From: Octopus vulgaris
Lineage: Eukaryota
NCBI GenBank assembly: GCA_951406725.2
Contig: OX597835.1
Coordinates: 46,314,001-46,378,000, forward strand
Direction of reading: 5' to 3'
DNA length: 64,000 bases
How positions within the stretch are numbered: position 1 is the first letter of the stretch; every line of letters starts with the position of its first letter. Positions 11,516 to 25,438 of this stretch are shown in pieces. The position numbers and the translations under genes were made by a program. Under the pieces are notes generated by a model. It made no database searches, was not told where the DNA came from, and saw nothing but the letters and a program-made list of their open reading frames with translations.

Positions 11516-12413
11516 TGGTGCTGGTGGTGTTTTTTTGGTTATTCACCTTTTTTTTTTGTTGTAGTTGTTATTGTTACAATCCTTGTGCTTGATATGTTTG
11601 TAACGATATTGTTGTTGTTGTTTGGGGTTTTTTTTTTCCCCGTCGGTTCTCTTGTCGCTGGCCTTGACTTCATTGTGGTCGTCCTTGTTATTGTTGTTCT
11701 TCTTATGGCAGCCGTCATTATTGTAAACTGCTGCTGTTTAATGTTTCATACATGCTTTCTACCGAGACAGTTTTTTTGTCCCGACGATCACAATTGTACG
11801 TATTAATATTCTTGTTGTTCTTATTGTTGCCCATTCCATCAGTGTTGTTACTGTTGTTTGGCTTCCATATTTGTCATGAGACCTTGCTTCATATCCCTTC
11901 TGTTGTTATTCTCATTGTTGTTATCGTTGCTATTGTCATGCAGTTTCATGGCCGCTATTTGCCGTCATCTGCCATTGTTGTTGTGGCCACTTCCGTTGCA
12001 ATCGCTGTTAGAGTCTTTGCTGTTGTTATTATTTTGTTATTGCTTTGTTATTGTAGTTTTTGTTATCGTAGTTTTTGTTATTGTATTTACAATGTTTTTA
12101 ATAATATTGTTGTCGCTGTGAACGCTTTTGTTGCAGTGCAAATGCTTTTGTTGATTTCTTTGCAGTTGTAGTTCTTGTTGTTGTTGTTGTTGTTGTTGTT
12201 GCTGTTGTTTATATTCTACTGTTGTTTTTGTTAAATTCGCTGTTTTTATTTATTGATTTTTTTCGCTCTTGTTCTTGTTACTGGTGTTGTTTTACTACCA
12301 CCACCACCACCACCACCACTACTACTGCTGCTGCTACTACTACTACTACTACTAATTTTTTTATCATCGTCTCCTTGTTTTCAGCTTTCCTTGTTTTTGT
12401 TGCTGCTGCTGTT

Positions 12414-12745
12414 GTTCTTCTTCTTCTTCTTCTTTATCTTCTTCTTCACCTTCTTCTTCTTCTTCTTCTTCTCCTCCTCCTCCTCCCCTTCTTCTTCATC
12501 TTCTTCTTCACCTTCTTCTTTATCTTCTTCTTCACCTTCTGCATCTTCTTCTTCTTCTTCTTCTTCTTCTTCTTCTTCTTCTCCTCCTCCTCCTTCTCCT
12601 TCTTCTTCATCTTCTTCTTCATCTTCTTCTTTATCTTCTTCTTCACCTTCTGCATCTTCTTCTTCTTCTTCTTCTTCTTCTTCTTCTTCTCCTTCTTCTT
12701 CTTCTTCTTCTTCTCCTCCTCCTCCTCCTCCTTCTTTTTCTTCAT
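12414..12745. repeat. Compound (CTT)/(CCT) repeat sharing a higher-order unit with 10790-10865
   Basis: CTTCTTTATCTTCTTCTTCACCTTCTGCATCTTC recurs. Confidence 0.9.
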
Positions 12746-13496
12746 GCACTCCTTCTGATTTGATTTTGTAGTTTTTTTTTTCCCTTTAATTACGTCCCCA
12801 GACACCGTCACGACCTATTTTTTTCTTTTCTTACCCTTCCTCTGCTTCTTCATACTCTCGCTCGTTCTTACCGTCTTCACCATAGCTATTTATGTCATCG
12901 TCATTCTCTTATTAATTTTGTTATCCTTCTTATTGTTCTCGATTTCAATTTGCTTATGGTTTTTGTTGGTGTTGTATGTACAATTTTTGCTGTGCTTCAC
13001 ATCATTGTTGTTGTTCCATTTCATCTTTTTTTTCTTATAAATTAATTTCCTAGTCACAGTTAATGTTATTGCTATTCCTATATTTTAAGTTTACGTTTTC
13101 GTCATTGTTTTTCTTATTCCTTTTTTTTTTTCTCAGGGAGGTTCTTATTGTTTGTGGTTTTTTTAATATCAATTTCGTCTTACTCCCCATTAGTGTTGCT
13201 CTTCATCTTGTTTTAATATTGCTCTGCGAGTATTTGCTTTTTTTTTTTATTTGTCCTAAATATTTTGATGATTTTTTTTTTAACTAATTTCATTCTAGTC
13301 ATGGTTTTTGCTTGCTTTTGTTTGTTATTATTATGATCATCATTATTATTTTTTAAGAGTTTCTCTTTTTTGTAGGGGTGAGTTATTTCCTTAATCTTAA
13401 ATCTGTTATTTCTGTTCTACGTTATTTATTTCTTTTTGAATTTAATTTCGTCGCAGTTGGAAATATTGAAGTTTTTGTTGTATTTTATGTCGATAT

Positions 13497-13900
13497 ATAT
13501 ATACATACATACATACACACATACATACATAGATACATACATACATACATACATACATACATACATGCATGCATACATACATACATACATACATACATAC
13601 GTACATACATGCATGCATACATACATACATACATACATACGTACATACATACATACATACATACATAAATACATACATACATACATACATACATACATAC
13701 ATACATACATACATGCACGCATACATACATACATACATACATACATACATACATACATGCATACATACATACATACATGTATACATACATACACACATAC
13801 ATACATACATACATACATGCACGCATACATACATACATACATACATATATACATACATACATACATACATACATGCATACATACATACACGCACACACAT
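13497..13900. repeat. (TACA)n tetranucleotide array
   Basis: Seen directly. Confidence 0.95.
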
Positions 13901-14182
13901 ATGTATATGTGCGTGTATATTTATGTGTTTTGCGTGTGTGTATCTGCTCGTTGACTTTCTTCTTGTTATTCCTCATTTGCAAAGATGTATTCTTGGCATC
14001 GCGATATGCTTCCATTGTTTCTATACTCTTAGAAAGAAAACAAAAGAAACATGTCTACTGCGGAAAGATCTATCGTGAATACACATACATACATATATAC
14101 ATAGATTTGTGCATTCATGCATACATACTAACATACCTACGTACGTATGTACATACACACATACACACATACACACACGGAC

Positions 14183-14217
<35 letters not shown>

Positions 14218-14444
14218 TGCATGTATGTACGTATGTATGTATAGGTCTGTCTGTCTGTATGTATGTATATACATATGTATATATCTATGTATATATGTAT
14301 GTACGAAACGTATGTGTTATGCATGCATGTATGTAATTTATTTATGTATGTATATATATCAAACTCCATAATAAAAACACCCATAAAGCGTTTGCAGAAA
14401 CAATACAAAAACGTATAGGGTGTGGAGCGGAGAACATGGCGCAC

Positions 14445-14524
<80 letters not shown>

Positions 14525-14969
14525 TTGAGAGGTCTGAGATATTTATAAGTATAACGTTAAAAATATATTCTTTTACTACATGTATCATATGTATATGTAT
14601 ACACAATATACATTCGTAAAAGCGCGCGCACACACACACATACACACATATTTGCGTGTATATATACATATTTATAGATATCGTAGTCTTCATCGACACC
14701 CGTGGGACAGCCAAGCATAAGAAATAAATTCAAATATAATCACTTTTTCCAAGTTTCATAGCTTTAGTAACTCTCTCTCTCTCTTTCTCTGCCTTTCTTT
14801 CTGTGTCTCTCATTCTCTCTTTTGCTATGGTTACTTAATATTTCATTAATCACTCTCCCCTGCTTCTTCCTCTCCATGTTCTTTCAAGATTCCTCTTCTT
14901 TCAACGTATTTCTCGCTTTATCCCTTTTATGCTTTTTCTTTCCACCTCTCTTTTCTTCACTTCAGCATA

Positions 14970-15012
<43 letters not shown>

Positions 15013-15400
15013 CATACATACATACATACACACATACATACATACATACATGCATACATATATACATACATACATACATACATACATACATACATACACA
15101 CATACATACATACATACATACATACATACATACATACATACATACATACACACATACATACATACATGCATACATATATACATACATACATACATACATA
15201 CACACATACATACAGACATACATGCATACATACATACACACATACATACATACACACATACATACAGACATACATACATACATACTTACATACAAACATA
15301 CAGACATACATGCATACATACATACATGCATACATGCATGCAGGCATACATACATACATTCATTCATTCATACATACATATATACATATATACGTACATA
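14970..15400. repeat. (TA)n/(TACA)n array
   Basis: Seen directly. Confidence 0.95.
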
Positions 15401-16262
15401 CATGCCAACACATGCAATCATATATGCGTGCGAATGCGCGTGTGTATGTTTTCTTTTCTCTTCATATTTTCTGTTCTTTTTCGTGGCATACGCATATCCA
15501 TGTCCTTCAATCACACAAACGTGTAAACCTACACGCACAGACATTTCTATACGCAAAATTCTCACTGCTCTCTCTCTCTCTCTTTCTTTCTCTCTCTCTC
15601 TCTCTTTTCTCTCTTTCTTTCTCTCTTTCTATCACACACACTCGCACACATGCCCCCCACACATATAAAATACGCACAGTGATAACGGAAGCTCTGAATT
15701 CAGATATAGACGTCTCCATCTATTTTAAATGGAAATAGAATATTGACGCGACTCAAGAAACTAAATACAAAACCAAAATAAATAATATATAAATATACAA
15801 AATACTACAAACCGCAACATGAAGAAGCAAAAAGTTATGCAAGCTGCGATAGTCACATTTTGAGAATATTTGAAAATTTAATTTGAAGGAACGCAACAAT
15901 TTGTATATCATTAGATCGTTCTCCTTGCAGCAAGATTTAAAATATTCTCGCTGCTGAGAATGAAGGAGCTTCTATGTTGAAATTAAACATGTTAGAAATA
16001 GCAGTCGAATCTCATTCGAGTAACACTTAACTGTTTTTAGGAAGCTAAGATTTATTTGCTAATGTTATTCTAGGCTAAGATACATAGCCTACAAAACCGT
16101 TTCAAATGATGAGACGATCACGGAGAACCTTCATCCGACGAAAACTCGCTCTTCGAGAGCTACAATTTTACTTTAAATCACTCCGTATATTGCCCTGTCT
16201 GCCCGCCTGACTCCCTGTATCGTTTGACGGCTGGCTACGTGCTATTAATGCTTCTCCCTCCA

Positions 16263-16297
<35 letters not shown>

Positions 16298-16312
16298 TTC
16301 TCTATCTCTCTT

Positions 16313-16351
<39 letters not shown>

Positions 16352-16802
16352 TGCTCTTCCCTCTCTTTCGCTCTCACTTTGTCAATTTCACATTTATCGA
16401 ATTATCTAATTTATAATGTCTTCTACATTTCTCAGTACAGCGAACACTACCCAGAGATAATAAGGAAGTATAAAACGATCCATCATGGAAATCTCTAAGA
16501 TTCCTGTCCCTTGGCATGAAATGACAGCCAAACTCTCCGTTACATAATATCCGAACATTTTTTTTTATGAAATCAGGAAGAGCCAATTACATATTGTAGT
16601 GCGGGATTAGCTACACATAAGAAAAGGTTTGAAGAAGAGTTGGTTACTGCTGGAACGTTTTTCATGGATAAAACCTATTTGTCTCTTCTCTACAAGACGC
16701 ACAAGCTCCCGAAACTGGCAATATTCTTTCGTCACTAAGAATAAATTTAACATAGCGGTACTGATGTTGACTTCTGAGTTTAATATAATCATAATTAATC
16801 TT

Positions 16803-16871
<69 letters not shown>

Positions 16872-16976
16872 GAGGTGGACTTTACCGTTCATCCTTTCGG
16901 AGTCGATAAATTAAGTACAAGTTGAACACTGGGTCGATTAAAATTGACTCATTCCCCTCCCTCAAAATTGCTGCCC

Positions 16977-17356
16977 TTACTCTTTACCCTTTACTCTTTT
17001 ACTTGTTTTAGTCATTTGACTGCGGCCATGCTGGAGCACCGCCGCCTTTATTCTATCGGTCTCTTATGCCGAACCGCTAAGTGACGGGAACGTAAACACA
17101 CCAGCGTCGGTTGTCAAGCAACGCTAGGGGGACAAACACAGACACACAAACACATACACACATACACATACACACACACATATATATACATATATACGAC
17201 AGGCTTCTTTCAGTTTCCGTCTAACAAATCCACTCACAAGGCATTGGTCGGCCCGGGGCTGTAGCAGAAGACACTTGCCCAAGATGCCACGCAGTGGGAC
17301 TGAACCCGGAACCATGTGGTTGGTTAGCAAGCTACTTACCACACAGCCACTCCTGC
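16977..17356 (-). mobile_element. SINE family A, reverse orientation, with an internal deletion before the tail
   Basis: Reverse complement of 7109-7540; lacks the GTACTGGG...CTCGATT segment. Confidence 0.92.
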
Positions 17357-17381
17357 TGCCCTTGTGGTGAAATTTGAAACC

Positions 17382-17432
<51 letters not shown>

Positions 17433-17549
17433 AGTTATACATAGGTATATGTATGGGTATGTGTGCCAATCTGTAGGGATAGATACACACATACATATAT
17501 AAATAAATACGCACGCATACACACACACAACACACACACACACACACAC

Positions 17550-17582
<33 letters not shown>

Positions 17583-18244
17583 ATGCAAATAACATTTCCT
17601 ACCAGTAATTGTTAAAGTAGAATACAAGTAAATGAGATAATGATCGGTTAAAACAGTTGGGTTACGTATTTTTATTTCCATGTTTTCCTAAGTATACATG
17701 TATACCTAAGTTCGCATACGTTAGTATCCAGGTGTAATGCCGTATGCAATTGTAGGTACTAAAAGAGGAGGCAATTAAAAAGTCATTAATTCTATTCAGC
17801 TACAAAGTCGCTGCCACTGAGTTTGGTGTTCTTTTTATGTTTACTGAAAATAAATGGCTACTACCAATAAAAAACAGGATTTTATTTTAAATGTACGAAA
17901 TACGTTGGAAATATCGTTAATCAAATATAATTCGGATTAGATATATTGTAATTGAAAAAAAAAATGTTAAACTTTTGCAAAGAAACCTCTTCAGGGAAAA
18001 CTTAATGTTTCAGGTCAGCAGACGGAAAAACATAGCAAATAAATTACAAAACAGATACAAGGGGACAAACAAGAAGAAAGTATACACCAACTTTTATAAG
18101 TGTGTATACACAAATACACAGACACATACATATATAAACACACACACACACACATATATACATATATATCTGTATATATATACATATATAAATATATATA
18201 TATATATAAGTATATATATATATATGTATATATATATGTATATA

Positions 18245-18409
18245 GGCGTAGGAGTGGCTGTGTGGTAAGTAGCTTGCTAACCAACCACATGGTTTCGGGT
18301 TCAGTCCCACTGCGTGGCATCTTGGGCAAGTGTCTTCTGCTATAGCCCCGGGCCGACGAATGCCTTGTGAGTGGATTTGGTAGACGGAAACTGAAAGAAA
18401 TCTGTCGTA

Positions 18410-18450
<41 letters not shown>

Positions 18451-18660
18451 ATGTGTTTGTCCCCCTAGCATTGCATGACAACCGATGCTGGTGTGTTTAC
18501 GTCCCCGTCACTTAGCGGTTCGGCAAAGGAGACCGATAGAATAAGTACTGGGCTTACAAAGACTAAGTCCCGGGGTCGATTTGCTCGACTAAAGGCGGTG
18601 CTCCAGCATGGCCGCAGTCAAATGACTGAAACACGTAAAAGAGTAAATGAGTAAAGAGTA
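18245..18660 (+). mobile_element. SINE family A, full length
   Basis: Same head, body and tail as 7109-7540. Confidence 0.92.
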
Positions 18661-18694
18661 TATTTAAATATATATATATATATATACATAGGTA

Positions 18695-18728
<34 letters not shown>

Positions 18729-18797
18729 AGTATATATTTATATACACACACACGTACATTATATATATATATATGTCTATATATATATATATATTTA

Positions 18798-18854
<57 letters not shown>

Positions 18855-19732
18855 ATATGTATATAATTATATATGTATGTATTGTGTATAACTATGTCTG
18901 TGTGTGTATGTATAATTACATATGTACGAAAGGGCATGTACTATGTGTTTTTTTTATTTATTTAATTGTGATTTGTTGTAAACGCTCTGTTTGCCATTTA
19001 AAATAATAAATAATGCAATTAATTAGTATATTGCAGTACGCCACATAATAAATGAGATAATTATTTATCTAAATATAAAGAAAATCTGTACGTGTATTTA
19101 TGCACATGTGTTACAGCGTGTGTGTGTGCACATGTGCGCATGTGTATGGCAGAATGTGGGCGTTTGCATTCATCAGTTCTACATAGACGTACATAAAATA
19201 AAGTACTGAATTATACAATCGTTATTATATTATAATATATGAAGAGATTCGGTTCCAATTTCGCTATTTTACAATTTCTCATATCAATAAGGCTGAAGCT
19301 AAAAGTTTATCATCTATCAAAATCAATTTTTAAAGGAACACACGGTGTCAGAATCTCGAATGGACGAATCATAGTTTGATCTGATAATAAAAGAAAGTTA
19401 TCGTGAAAAGCATTCAGTGTAAGGTTAGTGTGTTAGTTCAGCAAATGCGAAAGTACATTTATTAAATTATAAACATGAATCAAATCTTTATAAGTAGGGC
19501 AAATACTGAAAATAAACGTCAAATTATATACATATATGCCCGAGTGTGTCTGTGTATAGATATGCATATATGTGTAAATATATACATCTCATTATTCATG
19601 TATGCATATATACAAACATACTAACATACATACATACATACATACATACGTACGTACTAACTTACATTCACACATACATACATACGATGTTCCATCATAG
19701 AGGTCAACTGTTCTCCATATATAAATATATCT

Positions 19733-20080
19733 TTGAAAATCAAAGAAAAAGAGGACATCTATGGACAGCTGCTTCGAAACCTCCAGCTCCTATATCCGAG
19801 CTATGAATTCATATTCATGCAAACAATAATTGGAGAACAAGCGTTTGTTAGAAAATGCTTAAATGAGAATCTGGATAAACTGGGATTTTCAGAAAGAGAA
19901 ATCGACCGGCTAATTTGTACATCACAAGTGCAATCTGTTAGTGGAACAGTAAAAATATGCAAGATTTTTCTCAAGTTCCAAATGTGAATTTGTCTATGTT
20001 AACTACACCCCAAAGATGGAGCCTTGAATCTTTGTTGGAAACTAGCTCCCTCCTGAATGGAAGATTTATAATTATTAAAA
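19733..20080 (+). mobile_element. 3' fragment of an RLE-type (R4/Dong-like) LINE
   Basis: KEKEDIYGQLLRNLQLLYP...IIG...GTVKICKIFLKF*, resembling the C-terminus of a restriction-like endonuclease. Confidence 0.6.
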
Positions 20081-20476
20081 ACTAGAAGTGACAGAATTCA
20101 GACACCCATCCATTTGTGAGGAAATAGCGATTTTTCGTAGCACTTTTCTGGCCGCTTAGCTTAAGGTTAGCAGTTCGAAGTTCATTCACAAGGTTTCCTG
20201 TTGATGAAGAACGCAAGTAGCCTGCAGATATGCACTTTCCAGTAGAAGCAAATATGGCAATTACAAACTACTTTTGGACAAGGAAAGACCCTATCTGAAC
20301 ATATCATTTAACTGTATTTTCGTCCCATTCCACCATTGTTCATATGAATTTGCGTCCCAACATATTTCCTAACAAGTTTTTTTTTTATTGTATGTATGAT
20401 TTCTTGCCTCCAATGAAAAGACAACCATTTTCATCATCATCGTCAACAACAGCAGCAGCGTTATTATTATTATTAA

Positions 20477-20680
20477 GCAGAGAGCTGGCAGAATCATTAG
20501 TGGACGAAATGCTTAGCGGTATTTCGCCGAGGTCGCTACGTTCTGAGTTCAAATTCCGCCCAGATCGACTTTGTCCTTCTTCCTTTCGGGATCGATAAAT
20601 TAAATACCAGTGAAACACTGGAGCCGATGTAATCGACTTAATCCCCTCTCCAGAGATGCCTTTGTGGCAAAACTCTAAAA
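20477..20680 (+). mobile_element. tRNA-derived SINE family C
   Basis: GAGCTGGCAGAATC head, GAGTTCAAATTCC B box, CCTTTCGGGATCGATAAATTAAATACCAG body; homologous to 49002-49186. Confidence 0.8.
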
Positions 20681-20744
<64 letters not shown>

Positions 20745-20783
20745 CATTATTATCATCGTCATCATCATCATCATTATTATTAT

Positions 20784-20865
20784 GTCCGACCACCGAAGTT
20801 AAGCAACGTCAATCCTAGTGAGTACTTAGATGTGTGACCGCTTGGAAATTACTAGGTACTATAAG
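20784..20865 (+). pseudogene. 5'-truncated 5S rRNA pseudogene
   Basis: GTCCGACCACCGAAGTTAAGCAACGT...AGTACTTAGATGTGTGACCGCTTGG matches the metazoan 5S internal control region (box A, IE, box C) with substitutions. Confidence 0.85.
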
Positions 20866-21669
20866 AATGTCACTTTAAGTAAGACAGCGAGCTGGCAGAA
20901 TCGTTAGCACCCCTGGGTAATTGACTGGCACCCTTCTACCAAAAATACTTTAGTCCTTGAGCCTGTAGTATTATTATTGTTGTTTTCTTGGTAAATAATA
21001 TTTAACTGTTTGTTTTTCAGCGGTTATTCATATTCGCTACACCTACCGTGGCGATAATATTGTTACTATCCAAATTATTGCTATCGACGTCGTTGCTAAA
21101 CCTACAATTACTACCGCCAGAGTTGTTACTGTTTATTTAATCTTATTTAAAAAATTGTTTTCTTTAGTTTTACTTGTTGTTGTTGTTGTTAGTTTTAGAG
21201 GTGGTGTTTGGGCTGATGGTATTGTAGTTGTGATTCGTATTCATGAAAGGGAGAGACATTTTAAAACCAAGTGTTGAATGAACTCTACATTCAATCACCT
21301 TTCTTCGTTTAACTTTTGATTTGTCTTTTATTTTCCTTTCACATTCCTTACAAGAAACAAAAATAGTTCCAAGAAACAAAAATAGTTCCAATAACAAGAA
21401 AAGTTTAAAAAAAAAAAACTTCATCAAAGAGGAATATTTACTTTTCTTTGATTCCATTGGATTTCTGTTATCTTCAAGGAAATATTCGTGAGGTTTTTTT
21501 TCTTGTTTTTGTTTTTATAATTTTCTTAAATGTTTGCTTTAAGGTACCTCTCTGAGTAGCAGAAAAATGCTATTAGATATATACATACACGTGTGTGTGT
21601 GTATATGCGTGTGTATTTATTTATTTATGTATATATTGATAAACATACATATACATGCATAAAGGCATA

Positions 21670-21777
<108 letters not shown>

Positions 21778-21963
21778 AATGTATATATTTGTATATATAA
21801 ACAAATATATACAGATGTGTTCATATATATGATATATAAGATACATAAGCATATATGAATATATATATATATACATATACACGTATATATGCTTATGTAC
21901 GTGTATATATATACATATGTGTGTGTATGTGTGTGTGTGTATATAGACGTACCTAAGCATGCA

Positions 21964-22022
<59 letters not shown>

Positions 22023-22671
22023 GTATATACATAAATATATGTAAAAACACATACATACACTCACACACGCAAATTCACGCACACACACACATGCACACAC
22101 TCATATTTACGTATGTCTTATTCCAATACTCTCGAAGAAAGGAAGAACGAAATAGAAGCTAAGGAAGAGAACAGAAAAATAGAAAAAAAAAAATCTTCAG
22201 AACATGAATAAAAAATTTAAATAATACACCATCTAATACATAAAAGTAAAAATAAAAAGAAGCTGTGACGCATGCGTATATGATGGGAGACAATTTTCTG
22301 TGTTGACATGACTTGCAGGTAAAAACTTTGGTGGAATGGTATTGAAGGTAGAGAATGACTTTCTGCTTCTATTGGGAGATGTCTTCTCCCTAATCTCTGT
22401 ACTCATCCGTTTTTGACTTTGGTATTCCATTCGTCTTCTCAATTGTAATTTGCTGCAAAACTTGATTTCTTTTCTGCTGAATTTTTAAAAAATTTTATTT
22501 TACCATTCAGCTGTATCGTATTCGTGTATGGATGTGTGTGTGTGTGAGTCTGACTTTCTGTGTCTGTGTACATACACACATGTACATACAAAAAAAATGT
22601 ATACACATTTATCTGTCTGCCAACGAACATCTGCATCTTAATGCGAACAGAAGCAAATGTATGTGTGTATA

Positions 22672-22738
<67 letters not shown>

Positions 22739-22822
22739 TGTATATATATATATATACATATATGTATGTATATATATGTATGTATGTATGTGTTTACGTA
22801 TGTATGTAAGTATATATGTAAA

Positions 22823-22860
<38 letters not shown>

Positions 22861-23046
22861 ATGTATGTATGTATTTATGTATGTACGTATATATACATAT
22901 TTAAAGAGAGAGAGAGAGGGAAGAGTGAGAAGGGAGAAGGAGAGAAATACATACATGCATACATGCATACATATACATACACATATAAGTGTGTGTATGT
23001 CTCTCCGTATGAGTATATTTAAGGAAGGGTAAAATAATTGCTGGCT

Positions 23047-23228
23047 TTCTTCTTCTTCTTCTTCTTCTTCTTCTTCTTCTTCTTCTTCTTCTTCTTCTTC
23101 TTCTTCTTCTTCTTCTTCTTCTTCTTCTTCTTCTTCTTCTTCTTCTTCTTCTTCTTCTTCTTCTTCTTCTTCTTCTTCTTCTTCTTCTTCTTCTTCTTCT
23201 TCTTCTTCTTCTTCTTCTTCTTCTTCTT
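23047..23228. repeat. Pure (TTC)n tract of about 60 units
   Basis: Seen directly. Confidence 0.97.
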
Positions 23229-24299
23229 GCTGCTCCTCCTTCTCATTCTCCTCTTCATTCCCTCCCCTCTTCCTTATTTTCCTCCTTGATATAGATCTAA
23301 TGTTTAATGGTTATAAGCGTGTGGTTATATATATATATTTCTATGTAAGTATGCATGTATGTATGTGAGTGTGTATACATATATAAATAAGGAGGAGTGT
23401 CACTCGTCCCCAGAGCTAAATCGATAGCTATTAATGTATTGATCAACGGAAACAAAGACAAATAGTTGTTAAGACTTTCTCGGTTAACATTTCCTTGTAT
23501 TTTTTCTACTTTACAATGGCCGCTCGAAGATTTTTCGAAAGACCAGGAAAAAAAAAGAAGAAAAAGAAAAAAAGAAAGGAAAAAGAGAGAAAAATTTAAA
23601 GAGTCACATGCGAAAGAAAAAAAAACGTTAGACTGAAAATGCTGAATAGCTAATATTGTTTAAAATCTTTAACTACCTATTGTTGTCACAGATATTGATG
23701 TGCGGGTATGTGCGTGTGTGTGTGTGTGTGTGTGAATGAGTATGTGCCTGTGTACGCACGGGTGCGTGTGTGTGTGAGAGTGAGAGAACGTGTATATGTT
23801 TGCGTACGTGTGTGCGCGTGTGTATATTTGTGTTTGTGGGTATGTACATATGTATTTGTATATAATAGACACATATAATAGATGCATATATATATATTCA
23901 CACACTCACATAAATAGATAAAAGCATATATATGCACACACACACATATGAATGCATGTATGTATATGTATGTGTACGTGTGTGAGTGTATAAGTCCTGT
24001 TAGATAGGTTAATAAAGGGAAATGTACTCAATACATAGAGCTACTGAGATAAAATATATCTATGTGTATACATAAATGTCTGTTAATGTTTCCCCAGCTT
24101 ATTCTGAGTTACGTAATATCCTGCTTATGACCGAATATAAGTCATTGGGTACAGTGGCGTCCAAAGTTATTTGACGCTCCAACTTCTCTCCTGTAAAAAA
24201 ATTACAAAGTGACGTATTTATTAATAATTGCCAGCCTCGAAGTTGGAGATTTTATAAGCAGAACGAGAAGTGTTATCATGGGTTCTGGATCACACGCGT

Positions 24300-24986
24300 A
24301 TAAGTAACCTTATACAAAAATTTTGAGCAATTTACTGAACCCTGATTATAATTATAAAATGTTTATATGAGGTTACCGATAAAGGTTATTTTAACATTCT
24401 GAACTACTTGGTAAAATTATTAATTATTAATTAATTAATTAATTTTACCCTTTATTATTATTGAAAATATAATTCACTCCCTGATAGCAAACTGGAGTTT
24501 CTGCGGGATTACGTGGGTGATTGGGGAAGAATGCAAGTTTTCACTCGTCTGTATAAATTCTGAAGTGATGGTTTTTCGATATTAGCTATTCGATGACATT
24601 TGGTCGAATACGTATTTAATTATTAGTACTCTCAAATTTCTCATTGGAATACTACATTGAAGAAGGAAATAAGTGAGTAAAATTTAAATTTTACATATCT
24701 TTAAACCAGAAACGCGTATGTGGTTGATCAAAGCCGGGTGGATTCGTTATTTTCTTTTCTCTTTGCCTACGTGAATTAAGAGTATTGCTGTCTAGGAGAT
24801 ATGTCATAGTAGAGGAATAGTATTTAACTGCTATTTCTAAATTTCAGTATATGGTGAAGCAATTTGCTGAACCCTAATTATAATTATGTTTATAATTATA
24901 AAATATTTGTATAAGGTTACCGATGAAGGTTAATTTAACTTACCGAACTACATGGTAAAATTATTAATTATTAATTAATTTTACCC

Positions 24987-24992
<6 letters not shown>
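24300..24992. mobile_element. Non-coding element with ~130-bp direct repeats and a short inverted copy (Penelope pLTR-like)
   Basis: AGCAATTT.CTGAACCCT...TTAATTTTACCCTTTA at ~24327-24455 and ~24858-24992; 24301-24325 is an inverted copy of part of the repeat. Confidence 0.55.
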
Positions 24993-25017
<25 letters not shown>

Positions 25018-25044
25018 GCGCAGCTGCGTCTATGTATGTATATA

Positions 25045-25290
25045 TATCGTAGCTGCTTTCTCATCTACGAGCCCTGCCATTGCTAGAAAGAAGCATTGAA
25101 ATGAGTCATTGATGATACTACAATGTGAGGCCCTTGTATGGCTCTTGACAACCTTTCCACAGGTTACACATGTTCTGTCGTGAGAAACAGCCAAACCACA
25201 ATTTACAAGGAGTTGATTCCTAGTTCCCTGATGGCTGACCCCGCCTGCATCACTCATGCATTTCTCCCACAAATCACACACATAAAAGGC
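25045..25290 (-). mobile_element. Degenerate LINE (RTE-like) 3' end with C2H2-like motifs
   Basis: CDLWEKCMSDAGGVSH and CVTCGKVVKSH on the minus strand. Confidence 0.4.
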
Positions 25291-25350
25291 AAAACGTTCT
25301 CCTTTTCTACAGGTTCATTCTTTCAAAACCTTTGCTTGATTTTCTCGTGA

Positions 25351-25438
<88 letters not shown>

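Noticed and set aside
10679-11806. 375-aa Leu/Ser/Pro-rich ORF resembling a membrane or extensin protein
   Set aside because: Several frames are open because of the CTT/CCT repeat, so there is no evidence of coding
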